Assembly (NCBI GenBank): GCA_963777505.1
Contig: CAVZQN010000004.1
Span: forward strand, 1,248,001 to 1,312,000
DNA from: an uncultured bacterium
GTDB taxonomy: Bacteria; Acidobacteriota; HRBIN11; JAKEFK01
Length of the DNA: 64,000 bases
Reading direction: 5' to 3'
Of this stretch, positions 31,030 through 40,783 are shown piece after piece; positions within the stretch are counted from its first letter, which is position 1, and every line of letters begins with the position of its first letter. The position numbers and the translations under genes were made by a program. Under the pieces are notes generated by a model. It did no database searches and was not told the origin of the DNA. It worked only from the letters and a program-made list of their open reading frames with translations.

Positions 31030-31894
31030 GTGAGTGCGCCCAAATCAGAATCAGAACGCCAACTGACTTTCGGGACGCTGAATGTACGCAACGAGAGGGC
31101 GGTCCTCTTCGTGGAAATTTCGGCTCCGCCCATGAATCTGGAAGGGCCCGAACTGGTTCGCGATCTCGTTTCGCTCATTCAGCAAGCGGAAGCTGACGAC
31201 ACCGTTCAAGTGCTCGTGTTCAAGAGCGCTGACCCGGATTACTTTATTTCCCATGTCGATGTTACGCGGATCAAAGAGAATCGAGCACGCCGCGGCGAAG
31301 CTGAACGGTGACGAATCAATAGGGCAACTGTATTGGCATCTGAGCGCCAGCCGCCTCGTCTCGATCGCGCAAATCGAAGGTCGGGTGCGCGGTGTGGGCA
31401 GCGAGTTTGTACTTGCGTGTGACATGCGTTTCGCCGCCCGTGAATCAGCCATCTTTGGTCAATTCGAACCCTCCTTTGGCGTGATTCCGGGCGCAGGTGG
31501 CGCCCAACATCTCACGCGGCTGATGGGCCGAGGCCGCTCGCTCGAAGTGATGTTGAGCGCACAAGACTACAACGCGGATTTAGCCGAACGGTATGGTTGG
31601 ATCAATCGCGCGTTACCGGCTGATGAGATCGACCAGTTCGTCAGCTCGCTGGCTCATCGGATCGGGAAGTTTCCGGCTGCCGGCCGCGCTGTGGTCAAGG
31701 AGCGAGTAAATGCAATCGCGCTTCCGACCGTTGAGGACATCCGTCGCGATTCGGATCTCTTCCTTGAGGGCACGCGCACGAATGAGTTCCTGGAACTCAC
31801 GAAGGCAGCGATGAGGCGCGGGTTCCAGACGAGAGACGGGGAGATAGATTTGGCTCGGTTGGTGGGAGAAATCAACGAACACCGTATTGGGTAA
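31030..31894 (+). CDS. Enoyl-CoA hydratase/isomerase family (one frameshift)
   Basis: APPMNL, GRVRGVGSEFVLACDMR, QFE..FGVIPG. Confidence 0.88.
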
Positions 31895-31933
31895 ACCAGT
31901 GGCACACGCAACGAGTTAGATTAAGGAGCAGAC

Positions 31934-32041
31934 ATGTCCACAATTCACTTCAAAAAGATAACCACCGCGACGCCAGAGCAATTCATCGCCGGACTCACCG
32001 ACTTCGGTCCAGGCCGCGAGAAGATTCGCAACCCAAAATGA
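31934..32041 (+). pseudogene. Truncated N-terminus of a conserved hypothetical protein (SRPBCC-like, tentative)
   Basis: SD AAGGAG then MSTIHFKKITTATPEQFIAGLTDFGPGR, ending abruptly. Confidence 0.5.
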
Positions 32042-32091
32042 TATTCGCTTTTTCCAAAGAGTAGTGATAGGTTCAGACCAAAGGCAAAATA

Positions 32092-33770
32092 ATGTCCGAC
32101 TCCCGGCAAGTTTATCAGCCCAAACTTTCCATTTCCGAACAGGTTTTTCCAGTACTTAGCCCAACACTCATGGAGCGCATCATTCGTTACGGTCGTGTTC
32201 GGAAAGCTGAGCACGGTGAAGTTCTCATTGAGCCCAGAGCAAAAACAGTAACCGTGTTCGTGGTGAAAAGTGGTGAATTGGAACTCGTTCAGTCAGCCGG
32301 AAAGTGATGAAAAAATTGTTGGCATCGTAGGTCCTGGCCAATTCACTGGAGAAGCCAATGTATTATTTGGACGTCCCGGGTTACTACAAATACGTGTGAG
32401 TGAATCTGGAGAATTGATCGAGCTGGATCATAACACCATGATGTCGTTGCTTCAAACCGATAGCGAGTTAGGTGATATTTTCATGCGGGCGTTTATTCTG
32501 CGCCGTGAGGAATTGATTGCAGGGAATTTTGGCGATGTAGTGTTGCTTGGTTCTATTCATTCTCCTGATACTTTCGCATTAAGGAATTCTTAACCCGAAA
32601 TAATCAAGCATATTCTTATATTGATCTGGATCGGAACGCAGCTGCACAGGAACTTCTGGATCGTTTTCAAATTACTGTTAGCGAAGTACCTGTGGTCATC
32701 TGCCGCGGTAACGTAATTTTACGGAACCCTGAAAATTCAAAAATGGCTGAATGTCTGGGCTTCAACGAAAGCATTCGATCAATCAAAAGTGCGTGACGTT
32801 GTCATCATTGGCGCAGGTCCAGCTGGTCTTGCTGCTGCGGTCTATGCAGCAACGGAAGGATTAGATGCAGTGGTACTTGAATCGGAATCACCTGGAGGAC
32901 AAGCAGGCTCAAGCTCCAAGATCGAAAATTATATCGGATTTCCGATGGGCATCTCAGGTCATGATCTAGCTACTAACGCTTTGACACAAGCACAGAAATT
33001 CGGGGCACAAATCATGATCGCCAAAAGCGCAAGCAATCTCAGATGTGATCAAAAACCGTTTATCATTGAAACAAAAGATGATTCGCGAATTCTGGCGCGC
33101 ACAGTCATCATCGCGACCGGGGCGAAATATCGAAAGCTACCGCTGCACAATTTGGAGCAATTTGAAGGACGCGGCATTTACTACGCCGCCACGTTTGTAG
33201 AATCTCAATGGTGCGGTGGCGAAGAAGTAATGGTGGTTGGTGCAGGAAATTCCGCCGGACAAGCTGCAGTATTTCTCGCAAACACCGCAAGTCATGTTCA
33301 CCTGATGTTCAGAACCGATGATTTGTTTCAAAGCATGTCGCGTTATTTGATCGCACGGATCGAAAAACATCCTAAGATTGAGATACATCAACATAAGGAG
33401 ATCATTGCGCTCGAAGGCGAAGATCATCTCAAGCTAATCCGTTACCATGATAATAAAACTCGCAAAGAGATATAGCTGTGCTATTCGGCATCTTTTTTTA
33501 ATGACAGGCGTAATCCCAAATACTCAATGGCTCGATAATTGTGTTGCACTTGATCCGGATGGCTTCATCAAGGCTGGAAATGATATTTCACAGAATGAAT
33601 TGACCGCTGCTAATTGGCCGCTCAGTCGTTCACCTCGTCTCCTGGAAACAAGTCGGCCTGGAATATTTGCCGTGGGTGATGTTCGATGCGGCAACATCAA
33701 ACGTGTTGCATCTGCGGTTGGTGAAGGTTCGATTGCAATTTCCCTTGTGCAACAAGCATTGAATGAGTAG
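32092..33770 (+). CDS. cNMP-binding domain + thioredoxin reductase-like flavoprotein (about 4 frameshifts)
   Basis: cNMP domain (GQFTGE); [52 protein letters not shown]. Confidence 0.88.
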
Positions 33771-34079
33771 GTTTAAAAAAAATGAAAAACAACGAATAAA
33801 GTAGGCCGAACAATCCAGCAGCAAGGCAAAAGGAGAATACCATGTCTCAGACGCCCCTCACACGCAATATCCTCGGCCCTTCGCTAATTGGTAATAAAGA
33901 TAGCGAAGAAGAAAAAAGAAGAACGAAGTAATACCATTTGAATTTCATACAGATTCTCCATGACCTTCATTTTTAAACATTTGACACTGATGGGTCTCAC
34001 TCATGCTTTGCCGGATTGAGATTTTCAAATTCTAACGCATGCGCACGTCGACTCTGTTCTACACGGGCAGTAACCCGCA

Positions 34080-34195
34080 GATCATTTGGCCTCCATCGAC
34101 AACAAGGGTTGGCCCGTGACCTACGAGGATGCATCAGAACAGAGGAACATCACCATGCCGATCATCTCGTCAGGCTCAGCACCGCGATGCATTGG
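34080..34195 (-). pseudogene. SDR C-terminal fragment
   Basis: Minus strand reads PMHRGAEPDEMIGMVMFLCSDASS*VTGQ..VDGG, with a stop codon and an indel. Confidence 0.6.
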
Positions 34196-34245
34196 ACGAG
34201 AACAAAGGATTGAACGAGCAATTGATCGTTTCTCTCTTAAAATTT

Positions 34246-35268
34246 TCAGCTACGGAATTTCAGTACGACACGAAACCGTACTCTCCCGCTCTGCATTTGT
34301 TCATAGGCTTCTGCAACTCGATCGATCGGAAATATTTCGATCATTGGATGAACGTCCGTCAGTGCACTGAACTCAAGCGTGTCCTGTGAATCCTTCGCAG
34401 TACCTGAGTACCAACCGGCGACTGATCGTCTACCCATGATCAAAGAAAACACATTGATGGATAGCGGTTCAGCAGGTGCTGCCGGAACGAGCAGTGTTCC
34501 ATCGGGTGCTAATCCATCTACCAATGGAGATATTGCTTGCGCATTCGGTGCCGTCGCCAGAATTACACTGGCACCACCAAGTGCTTGCAACTTTTCTACT
34601 ACGTTATTAGCAGATGCATCGATGTAATGATGTGCACCCAATTTTCTGGCGAGTTGCTCTTTGTCGCTTCCGCGATTAATTGCCACTGTATGAAATCCCA
34701 TCTGCCGCGCGTACTGAACTCCAAGATGTCCTAGTCCACCGATGCCATGAACAGCAACGACATCGCCGGGTCGGGCTCCGGAATTTCGTAATGCGTTGTA
34801 CACAGTAACGCCCGGCGCACATAAATGGTCCTGCTTCCTCAGCGGGCACTTCATCAGGAATCGCTGCCAACGCACTCGCTGGTGCAATCATGTACTCAGC
34901 GTATCCTCCATCGAAATCGATACCGGTCACTTTCCGATTAACGCACATAGCGAAGTCGCCGCGCCGGCAATGTTTGCACACGAAGCAATGACCACCGTGC
35001 CAGCCAACGCCGACTCGTTGATCTTTCGACCATGTAGTGACATTGTCACCGACTGCGTCGATCCGTCCCGCAATTTCATGACCAGGAATTCGCGGATACT
35101 GAAGGCCTGGCCACAAACCTTCCTTGACAAGTACTTCGCTGTGGCAAATACCGCACGCTTCCACTTTTACGCGGACTTGACCGGGCCTCGGTTCGGTATC
35201 TCGCGTTCTACTAATTCCCAGTCTCCTCCAGGTTTGCTGATTTGCGCTGCTTTCATTTTCGAAGTCAT
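34246..35268 (-). CDS. Zn-binding alcohol dehydrogenase (about 2 frameshifts)
   Basis: MKAAQIS.., GICHSE, PGHE, CFVCKHC, GIGGLGH, RFRVVL. Confidence 0.88.
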
Positions 35269-35331
35269 AAATTCCTCCAAGGTATTTAATAGCTATCCAC
35301 TTCGATTACTGCCTTCGGCAAAGGCCGGCGG

Positions 35332-35769
35332 TTATTCCCGTCCAGGCAGGCGCTTCGTGATTTCCTGGATTAACCACCCGTTTCCATCCGGATCGCTGAA
35401 GGCAACGAAACTATTGTAAGTTTGTCGTTTGGGATCAAGGCCGGGAGTTATTCCTTCCGAACCGAAATGAAAAGGCTCGCTAACATCAATTCCACGTTTC
35501 ACAAGCTCAGCTCGCGTTGCTTCAATATCAGATGTTACAAGGTACGTCTTCTGATATGAGCCGGGCTTCGCATCCGTGATCCCGTTGCCGATATGAATCG
35601 AGCATTGTGATCCCGGCGGTGTAAGCTGCACGCCGCGAACCTTTTTGCCAGGAGCCACCGGTTGCTCAAAGTCAATATCGACTCGGAACCCCAATTTTTC
35701 TTCGTAAAATTTTTTCGCACGATCCACGTCCGAAACGGGAATCACAACAACTTCCAATTTGAGATCCAT
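35332..35769 (-). CDS. VOC/glyoxalase family protein
   Basis: LEVVVIPVSDVDRAKKFY, FSDPDGNGWLIQE; SD GGAGG. Confidence 0.9.
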   Translation of the reverse strand: MDLKLEVVVIPVSDVDRAKKFYEEKLGFRVDIDFEQPVAPGKKVRGVQLTPPGSQCSIHIGNGITDAKPGSYQKTYLVTSDIEATRAELVKRGIDVSEPFHFGSEGITPGLDPKRQTYNSFVAFSDPDGNGWLIQEITKRLPGRE

Positions 35770-35917
35770 TTGTCTGCCTCCATAAATAATTAAATGGTTA
35801 TTCTTGTTCCATAAGAGTGGTAATCTGGATGCCGAGAACACTTCAGCGGTACTGATCGAAAATAAAAAATATTTTTCGCGGACGTTCGGGATTTTTTGAA
35901 ATTTCGAAAATCCGTAT

Positions 35918-36322
35918 TCACTTTACCAGAACAACTAATGGTTTCCCTTTTTCCACCACATATGTGGCGAGCTCTGCGCCGTTATCGGTTCCAACGTTCT
36001 TCGCCGAGTGGACAGCTCCAGCCGGGATGAAGAGCACATCGCCAGCTTTAAGCGTTGCTGATTTGCCTTCAACCTGATACTCCAGAGTTCCTTCAAGCAC
36101 ATAGATGATCTCTTCGCCTGGATGTTTGTGGTTCGGTGCAACTACCCCAGGATCAATGTCGATGCGGGCCTGGACGACTTCCCGCCCGGGGATTGATAGA
36201 TCGTGTTGCTGCAAATCGGTTCGCTTAACTCCTCCCATCTGCTGAGCGCGCGCTAGGTGCAACGCCAAACCGCCTCCAACAATCATCAAAACTACTAATG
36301 CTATCATTCTAATCTTTCTCAA
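35918..36322 (-). CDS. Secreted cupin_2 domain protein
   Basis: Signal peptide; HKHPGEE..YVLEG; IPAGAVHS. Confidence 0.9.
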   Translation of the reverse strand: MRKIRMIALVVLMIVGGGLALHLARAQQMGGVKRTDLQQHDLSIPGREVVQARIDIDPGVVAPNHKHPGEEIIYVLEGTLEYQVEGKSATLKAGDVLFIPAGAVHSAKNVGTDNGAELATYVVEKGKPLVVLVK

Positions 36323-36925
36323 AACGCGTACCTCCTTTTTTGTGTGGGTGGTTTAAGCGAGCGAAAAATTGATGTTATCTCGCGGTTTATTGAAAACGCA
36401 AAAAGACGCGAAAACGTTTTTTATGCGAATAACGATGGATGCCTTTTTTGGTGTGAAGACTTTTGGTGAAAAATGAATTGGTGTGCGGACATTCCACCGG
36501 TTCAGCCACAACAAGTGAATCTATAATCAAACTGGTTTCATCGCAACACATTCAGCCACTCAGTGGAATCAATCGTGCGTGTTGTTTTTCGTGTTTCGTA
36601 ATTGTTTCTTATAATACTGGAGCAAATTCGGCTGGTTCAACTTGTTTTGCTCCGGATATTCTTCCTTTTGTTCCCTTCAAGGCAGCTTCGATAATTTCCA
36701 CTTCCTACCTTCATAATATGTATGGCAGGGATTCTAGTTTATTGTTAAATTCACTATTAGACTGAATTTTCTTCAGATCTTTTCAACACTCGCGAGTTCG
36801 CTTCAAGTAGTTTTTTTTGGCTCGCAAAAAACGCATCCAAAAAGAAAAGGAGATGCGAAATGTCCTTGAAGCTTCAATCTCAATGCTTTTTCGCATACCT
36901 CTAGCAAGGCAAACAGGAGAATACC

Positions 36926-38149
36926 ATGCCAGAAACCACTGACAAGAGCTCTATTCGTCCGTTTCAAGTGAATTTTCCGGAAGCGGAACTCACCGAATTG
37001 CGCAGGCGTATCATGGCGACACGATTTCCGGAGAAGGAAACCGTCTCCGATTTTTCGCAAGGAGTACAACTCGCCTTCATTCAAACGCTCGCGCGGTATT
37101 GGGCGACCGATTACAACTGGCGGCGGTGCGAGGCGCAATTGAACTCTCATCCACAATTCATCACCGAGATCGACGGGTTGGACATCCACTTCATTCACGT
37201 CCGGTCGAAACATGAAGATGCAATGCCGCTCATCGTCACCCACGGCTGGCCCGGCTCGCCCATCGAGCAGCTGAAGATCATCGATCCACTGACCAACCCC
37301 ACGGCTCACGGAGCTAGCGCGTCGGACGCCTTCCACGTAGTGATCCCGTCGATGGCCGGCTACGGGTTTTCAGGCAAGCCCACGACGCCCGGTTGGGACC
37401 CCGCTCGCATGGCGCGGGCGTGGGTGCAGCTGATGAAGCGCCTCGGGTACAGCCGATTCGCGGCGCAAGGTGGTGATTGGGGTGGGTTCGTCACGAACCT
37501 GATGGCACAACAGGCACCTCCGGAGTTGATCGGCATCCATTTGAATTTCTCCGGTGCCGCGCCCCCTGAAATTGCCAAGGCGCTTCAGTCCGGCGGGCCG
37601 CCGCCGGCCGGTCTCTCGGCTGAGGAGCAGCGGGCATACGACCAGATGGCGTTCCTTTACCAGCACGTCCCGACGCAATTGATGATGGCCGCACACCCGC
37701 AAACCCTGTACGGCTTGGCCGACTCACCCGTCGCCCTTGCCGCCTGGATGATCGACCACGACGTGGCCAGCTATGGGCGCATCGTGAAACTCTTTCTTGA
37801 TGGGGAGCCCTACGGCGACCTCACACGGGACGACATTCTCGACAACATCACCCTTTCCTGGTTGACGAACACGGGCGTGTCCAGCGCTCGGCTCTATGTG
37901 GAATACAAGGGCGCCTTTTTCAACGACTACAACATCTCCGTTCCGGCTGCCGTAAGCGTCTTCCCTGAGGAGGTTTACCAAGCTCCGCGGAGTTGGACCG
38001 AGCGCTCCTACCACAATCTCATCCATTTCAACACGCTCCCCAAAGGCGGCCACTTTGCTGCATGGGAACAGCCGCAACTGTTCTCAGAAGAGGTACGCAC
38101 TGGCTTCAGGTCGCTGCGCGGCGACAAAGCAAAGGCGCAGAATCGTTAA
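36926..38149 (+). CDS. Epoxide hydrolase (EHN-domain family), cytoplasmic paralog
   Basis: IRPF, HGWPGS, QGGDWG, GGHFAAWEQP. Confidence 0.92.
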   Translation: MPETTDKSSIRPFQVNFPEAELTELRRRIMATRFPEKETVSDFSQGVQLAFIQTLARYWATDYNWRRCEAQLNSHPQFITEIDGLDIHFIHVRSKHEDAMPLIVTHGWPGSPIEQLKIIDPLTNPTAHGASASDAFHVVIPSMAGYGFSGKPTTPGWDPARMARAWVQLMKRLGYSRFAAQGGDWGGFVTNLMAQQAPPELIGIHLNFSGAAPPEIAKALQSGGPPPAGLSAEEQRAYDQMAFLYQHVPTQLMMAAHPQTLYGLADSPVALAAWMIDHDVASYGRIVKLFLDGEPYGDLTRDDILDNITLSWLTNTGVSSARLYVEYKGAFFNDYNISVPAAVSVFPEEVYQAPRSWTERSYHNLIHFNTLPKGGHFAAWEQPQLFSEEVRTGFRSLRGDKAKAQNR

Positions 38150-38548
38150 CTTCCCGTCGGTCCTGTCGCGCAGAAATGCGCGGCAGGCCATGTGATCTTA
38201 CATCTGTCCGACTGAAGTCATAAGGATGTCACAATTCAAAGTACGAACAACGAATTGCGATTTCTAATTTCGAATGAGTTTGATCTTAATTTGTAATTCG
38301 ATTGATTCGGTTAATCGTAGTTCAAATTAACAGGAGCGAGCGAAGAAATGAAAACAAAAAAAGCTGCTAAACCCTCGCAACCGCAAGGATAGTATCTAAG
38401 AGGCATATTTGTTTTCGCTCAATTTCTCTTTGTTTCTGTTTGTATCAAATCATGCCTCTTTACGGACAGCTTGATGGGACAAATCGGCACAAACTCGAAA
38501 AGTCAAAATGGTAAGTCATTCACTTGCAGTTACTAATAGACTGATGAG

Positions 38549-38632
38549 TGCCGAAGAGAGGACTCGAACCTCCACAAGGTTGCCCTTACTAGAACCTGAA
38601 TCTAGCGCGTCTGCCAATTCCGCCACTTCGGC
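38549..38632 (-). tRNA. tRNA-Leu(CAG)
   Basis: GCCGAAG acceptor stem, D-loop GGAATTGGCAGAC, anticodon arm CTAGA-TTCAGGT-TCTAG, long variable arm, GGTTCGAGTCC; CCA not encoded. Confidence 0.96.
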
Positions 38633-38751
38633 TTTCTGAAAGGAATAACAATATATAGGTAGCAGTATTAGAGGTCAAGGGCAAACGGTGTATCCGGATG
38701 TGGACATCCCCAAGCTCAGATATAGATTGATGAAAAGAGGGAGATATATAT

Positions 38752-39189
38752 ATGAAGACACTTTTGATTATTGTACTGGTTGTGATTCTTGGATTTGTGC
38801 TCTTGCAGTACAGCAATTCCAGAACGGCTCGGAATACTGAAGTTGCCGTTAAGGAAGCTGGGCGTGAAGTTGCAGAAAAAACAAAAGAAGGATTGACTGA
38901 CCTGAAGCAAAAAGTTGAAGAGGAAAAAATTCCTGAAAAGATTAAAGAAGGCACCGAACAGGTTGAAAATTTAGCACTCGATGCAAGTACGACTGCTGCT
39001 GTGAAAGCGAAACTCATGAATGACGAACTTGTGAAAGCGCGAAATATCGATGTCGATACGAAGAATGGTCACGTGACTTTAAACGGTGATGTGTCCAGCA
39101 CCTCAGAAGCGGATCAAGCTATTCAATTAGCAAAACAAGTTGAAGGTGTGAAATCCGTAACTTCGCGTCTGGTTATTAAGGTAAATTAG
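38752..39189 (+). CDS. BON domain (OsmY-like) protein
   Basis: DASTTAAVKAKL..IDVDTKNGHVTLNG..VEGVKSV. Confidence 0.9.
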   Translation: MKTLLIIVLVVILGFVLLQYSNSRTARNTEVAVKEAGREVAEKTKEGLTDLKQKVEEEKIPEKIKEGTEQVENLALDASTTAAVKAKLMNDELVKARNIDVDTKNGHVTLNGDVSSTSEADQAIQLAKQVEGVKSVTSRLVIKVN

Positions 39190-39220
39190 GATTCATTAGG
39201 TGAGTTTGCCAAAGGCTTTT

Positions 39221-39433
39221 CAACACGAAGGCACAAAGGCTCTAAGTTTCACAAATAAATAATTATTAATGAGTTAGTGACGCTTGGTATCTTAGTGCCT
39301 CCGTGTTGAGGTTTTGGGCGGGCTTTAGACCCGCCCTTTAATTTTTTCCGTACGTTCACCACGGAGTCACGGAGAGCACAGAGTAAAAAACCATCTTTAG
39401 AAAAATCTCAGTGTCCTCCGTGACTCTGTGGTT
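39221..39433. repeat. Cluster of REP-like inverted repeats
   Basis: Pairs 39221-39246/39283-39308 and 39357-39383/39407-39433, plus the hairpin GGGCGGG..CCCGCCC at 39316-39336. Confidence 0.75.
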
Positions 39434-39451
39434 AAGTATGGTTAAATACTT

Positions 39452-40771
39452 GTGATGAAGAAGTGGATTGGTGCTGCAATTTTGGTTTTAGCGATTGCAG
39501 CATTCGCCTGGTGGAAACTACAACCGGCAGCTAAAGTTGAACTACCAAAACGGCAGAAAGTATTTCTGATCGGATTGGATGGCGCAAGCTGGAACCTAAT
39601 GGAACAACCCTTGAAAGAAGGGAAGCTTCCCAACTTTCAACGCTTAATTCAATCAGGCACTTCTGGCAATCTTAAAAGTTTTGTCCCAACGAAGTCACCA
39701 GTTTTGTGGACCACGATCGCGACAGGAAAAATTCCACAAAAGCATGGCATCGGAAGCTTCACTGCAGAAATCAACGGCAAAACGGTTCCTGTTTCAGGAT
39801 CGCAACGCATCACAAAAGCTTTTTGGAATATCCTGAGCGATTACAAAATCCGAGTCGGTGTTGTGAATTGGTGGGTTACGTGGCCGCCAGAAAAAGTAAA
39901 TGGCTTCATGGTGTCTGACCGCTATCGCAGCGCATCAAAAAAAGACAACGCTGTCATTACGTATCCTGAACAACTTGCAAAAGATTTACCCAAAATATCA
40001 ATCTCAATGGATCGCTACCTGGAGGAACGTCAGAAATTCGGGCTGCCTCAAAATCTCAAACCAAATGCTTCTTCAAAAGTGATCGATCAACTTGCCGCAG
40101 ATTATAAAGGATATTGGGCGCAAGATCGTGCCGTCCGTGAAGCCTGCCGCCGTCTGCTTGCGAATCAGAAGGTGGATGTGTTTGCTGTCATCTTTAGAAT
40201 CATTGACGTTTCCAGTCATCTATTCTGGACTTATCTGGATTTAGATTTGATCGCCGAAATGCGCGCGAAACTTGAATCCGGAAATCTAACTTCTGAAGAT
40301 ATAACGCGGATTGATGCGGAGTTCATTAAAATTATTGGTCCGGTTTATGAATATTCAGATCGGATCCTTGGCGAATTTCTTCAACGCGCTGATAAAGATA
40401 CTCACATCATCGTAATGTCAGATCATGGTTTCAAATTTGAAGAAGGTCGATATGGCCACAGCAGCATGAAGGAACCTCCCGATGGCATCATCATCCTCTC
40501 AGGACCTGCATTCCGCAAGAATCATCGTATTGAAGGAGCAACACTGCTCGACGTTGCTCCAACACTTTTGTATCTTCAAGGAATTCCCGTCGCACGCGAT
40601 ATGGATGGAAAAATTTTGGTGAAAGCTTTCACGCAAGAATTCGTGAAGCTGAATGAACCTGAATTAGTTGCTTCACATGACACGGGTGAGAAAAAGAAAG
40701 GCCTTGCAAAAGAAAGTGAAATGGACGAAGAGATTCTGGAAGACTTAAAGACTTTAGGGTATATCAACTGA
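39452..40771 (+). CDS. Alkaline phosphatase superfamily (nucleotide pyrophosphatase/phosphodiesterase-like)
   Basis: IGLDGA, WTTIATG..HGI, MSDHGF, DVAPTLL, LKTLGY. Confidence 0.88.
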   Translation: MMKKWIGAAILVLAIAAFAWWKLQPAAKVELPKRQKVFLIGLDGASWNLMEQPLKEGKLPNFQRLIQSGTSGNLKSFVPTKSPVLWTTIATGKIPQKHGIGSFTAEINGKTVPVSGSQRITKAFWNILSDYKIRVGVVNWWVTWPPEKVNGFMVSDRYRSASKKDNAVITYPEQLAKDLPKISISMDRYLEERQKFGLPQNLKPNASSKVIDQLAADYKGYWAQDRAVREACRRLLANQKVDVFAVIFRIIDVSSHLFWTYLDLDLIAEMRAKLESGNLTSEDITRIDAEFIKIIGPVYEYSDRILGEFLQRADKDTHIIVMSDHGFKFEEGRYGHSSMKEPPDGIIILSGPAFRKNHRIEGATLLDVAPTLLYLQGIPVARDMDGKILVKAFTQEFVKLNEPELVASHDTGEKKKGLAKESEMDEEILEDLKTLGYIN

Positions 40772-40783
40772 GGGGATAATTCT

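Noticed and set aside
1768-35268. Programmed ribosomal frameshifting or phase variation as the cause of the split genes
   Set aside because: The indels are many and scattered, with no consistent slippery sites; sequencing error is the simpler explanation.
39221-39433. Possible CRISPR array
   Set aside because: The repeats are inverted pairs, not regularly spaced direct repeats, and there are no cas genes.
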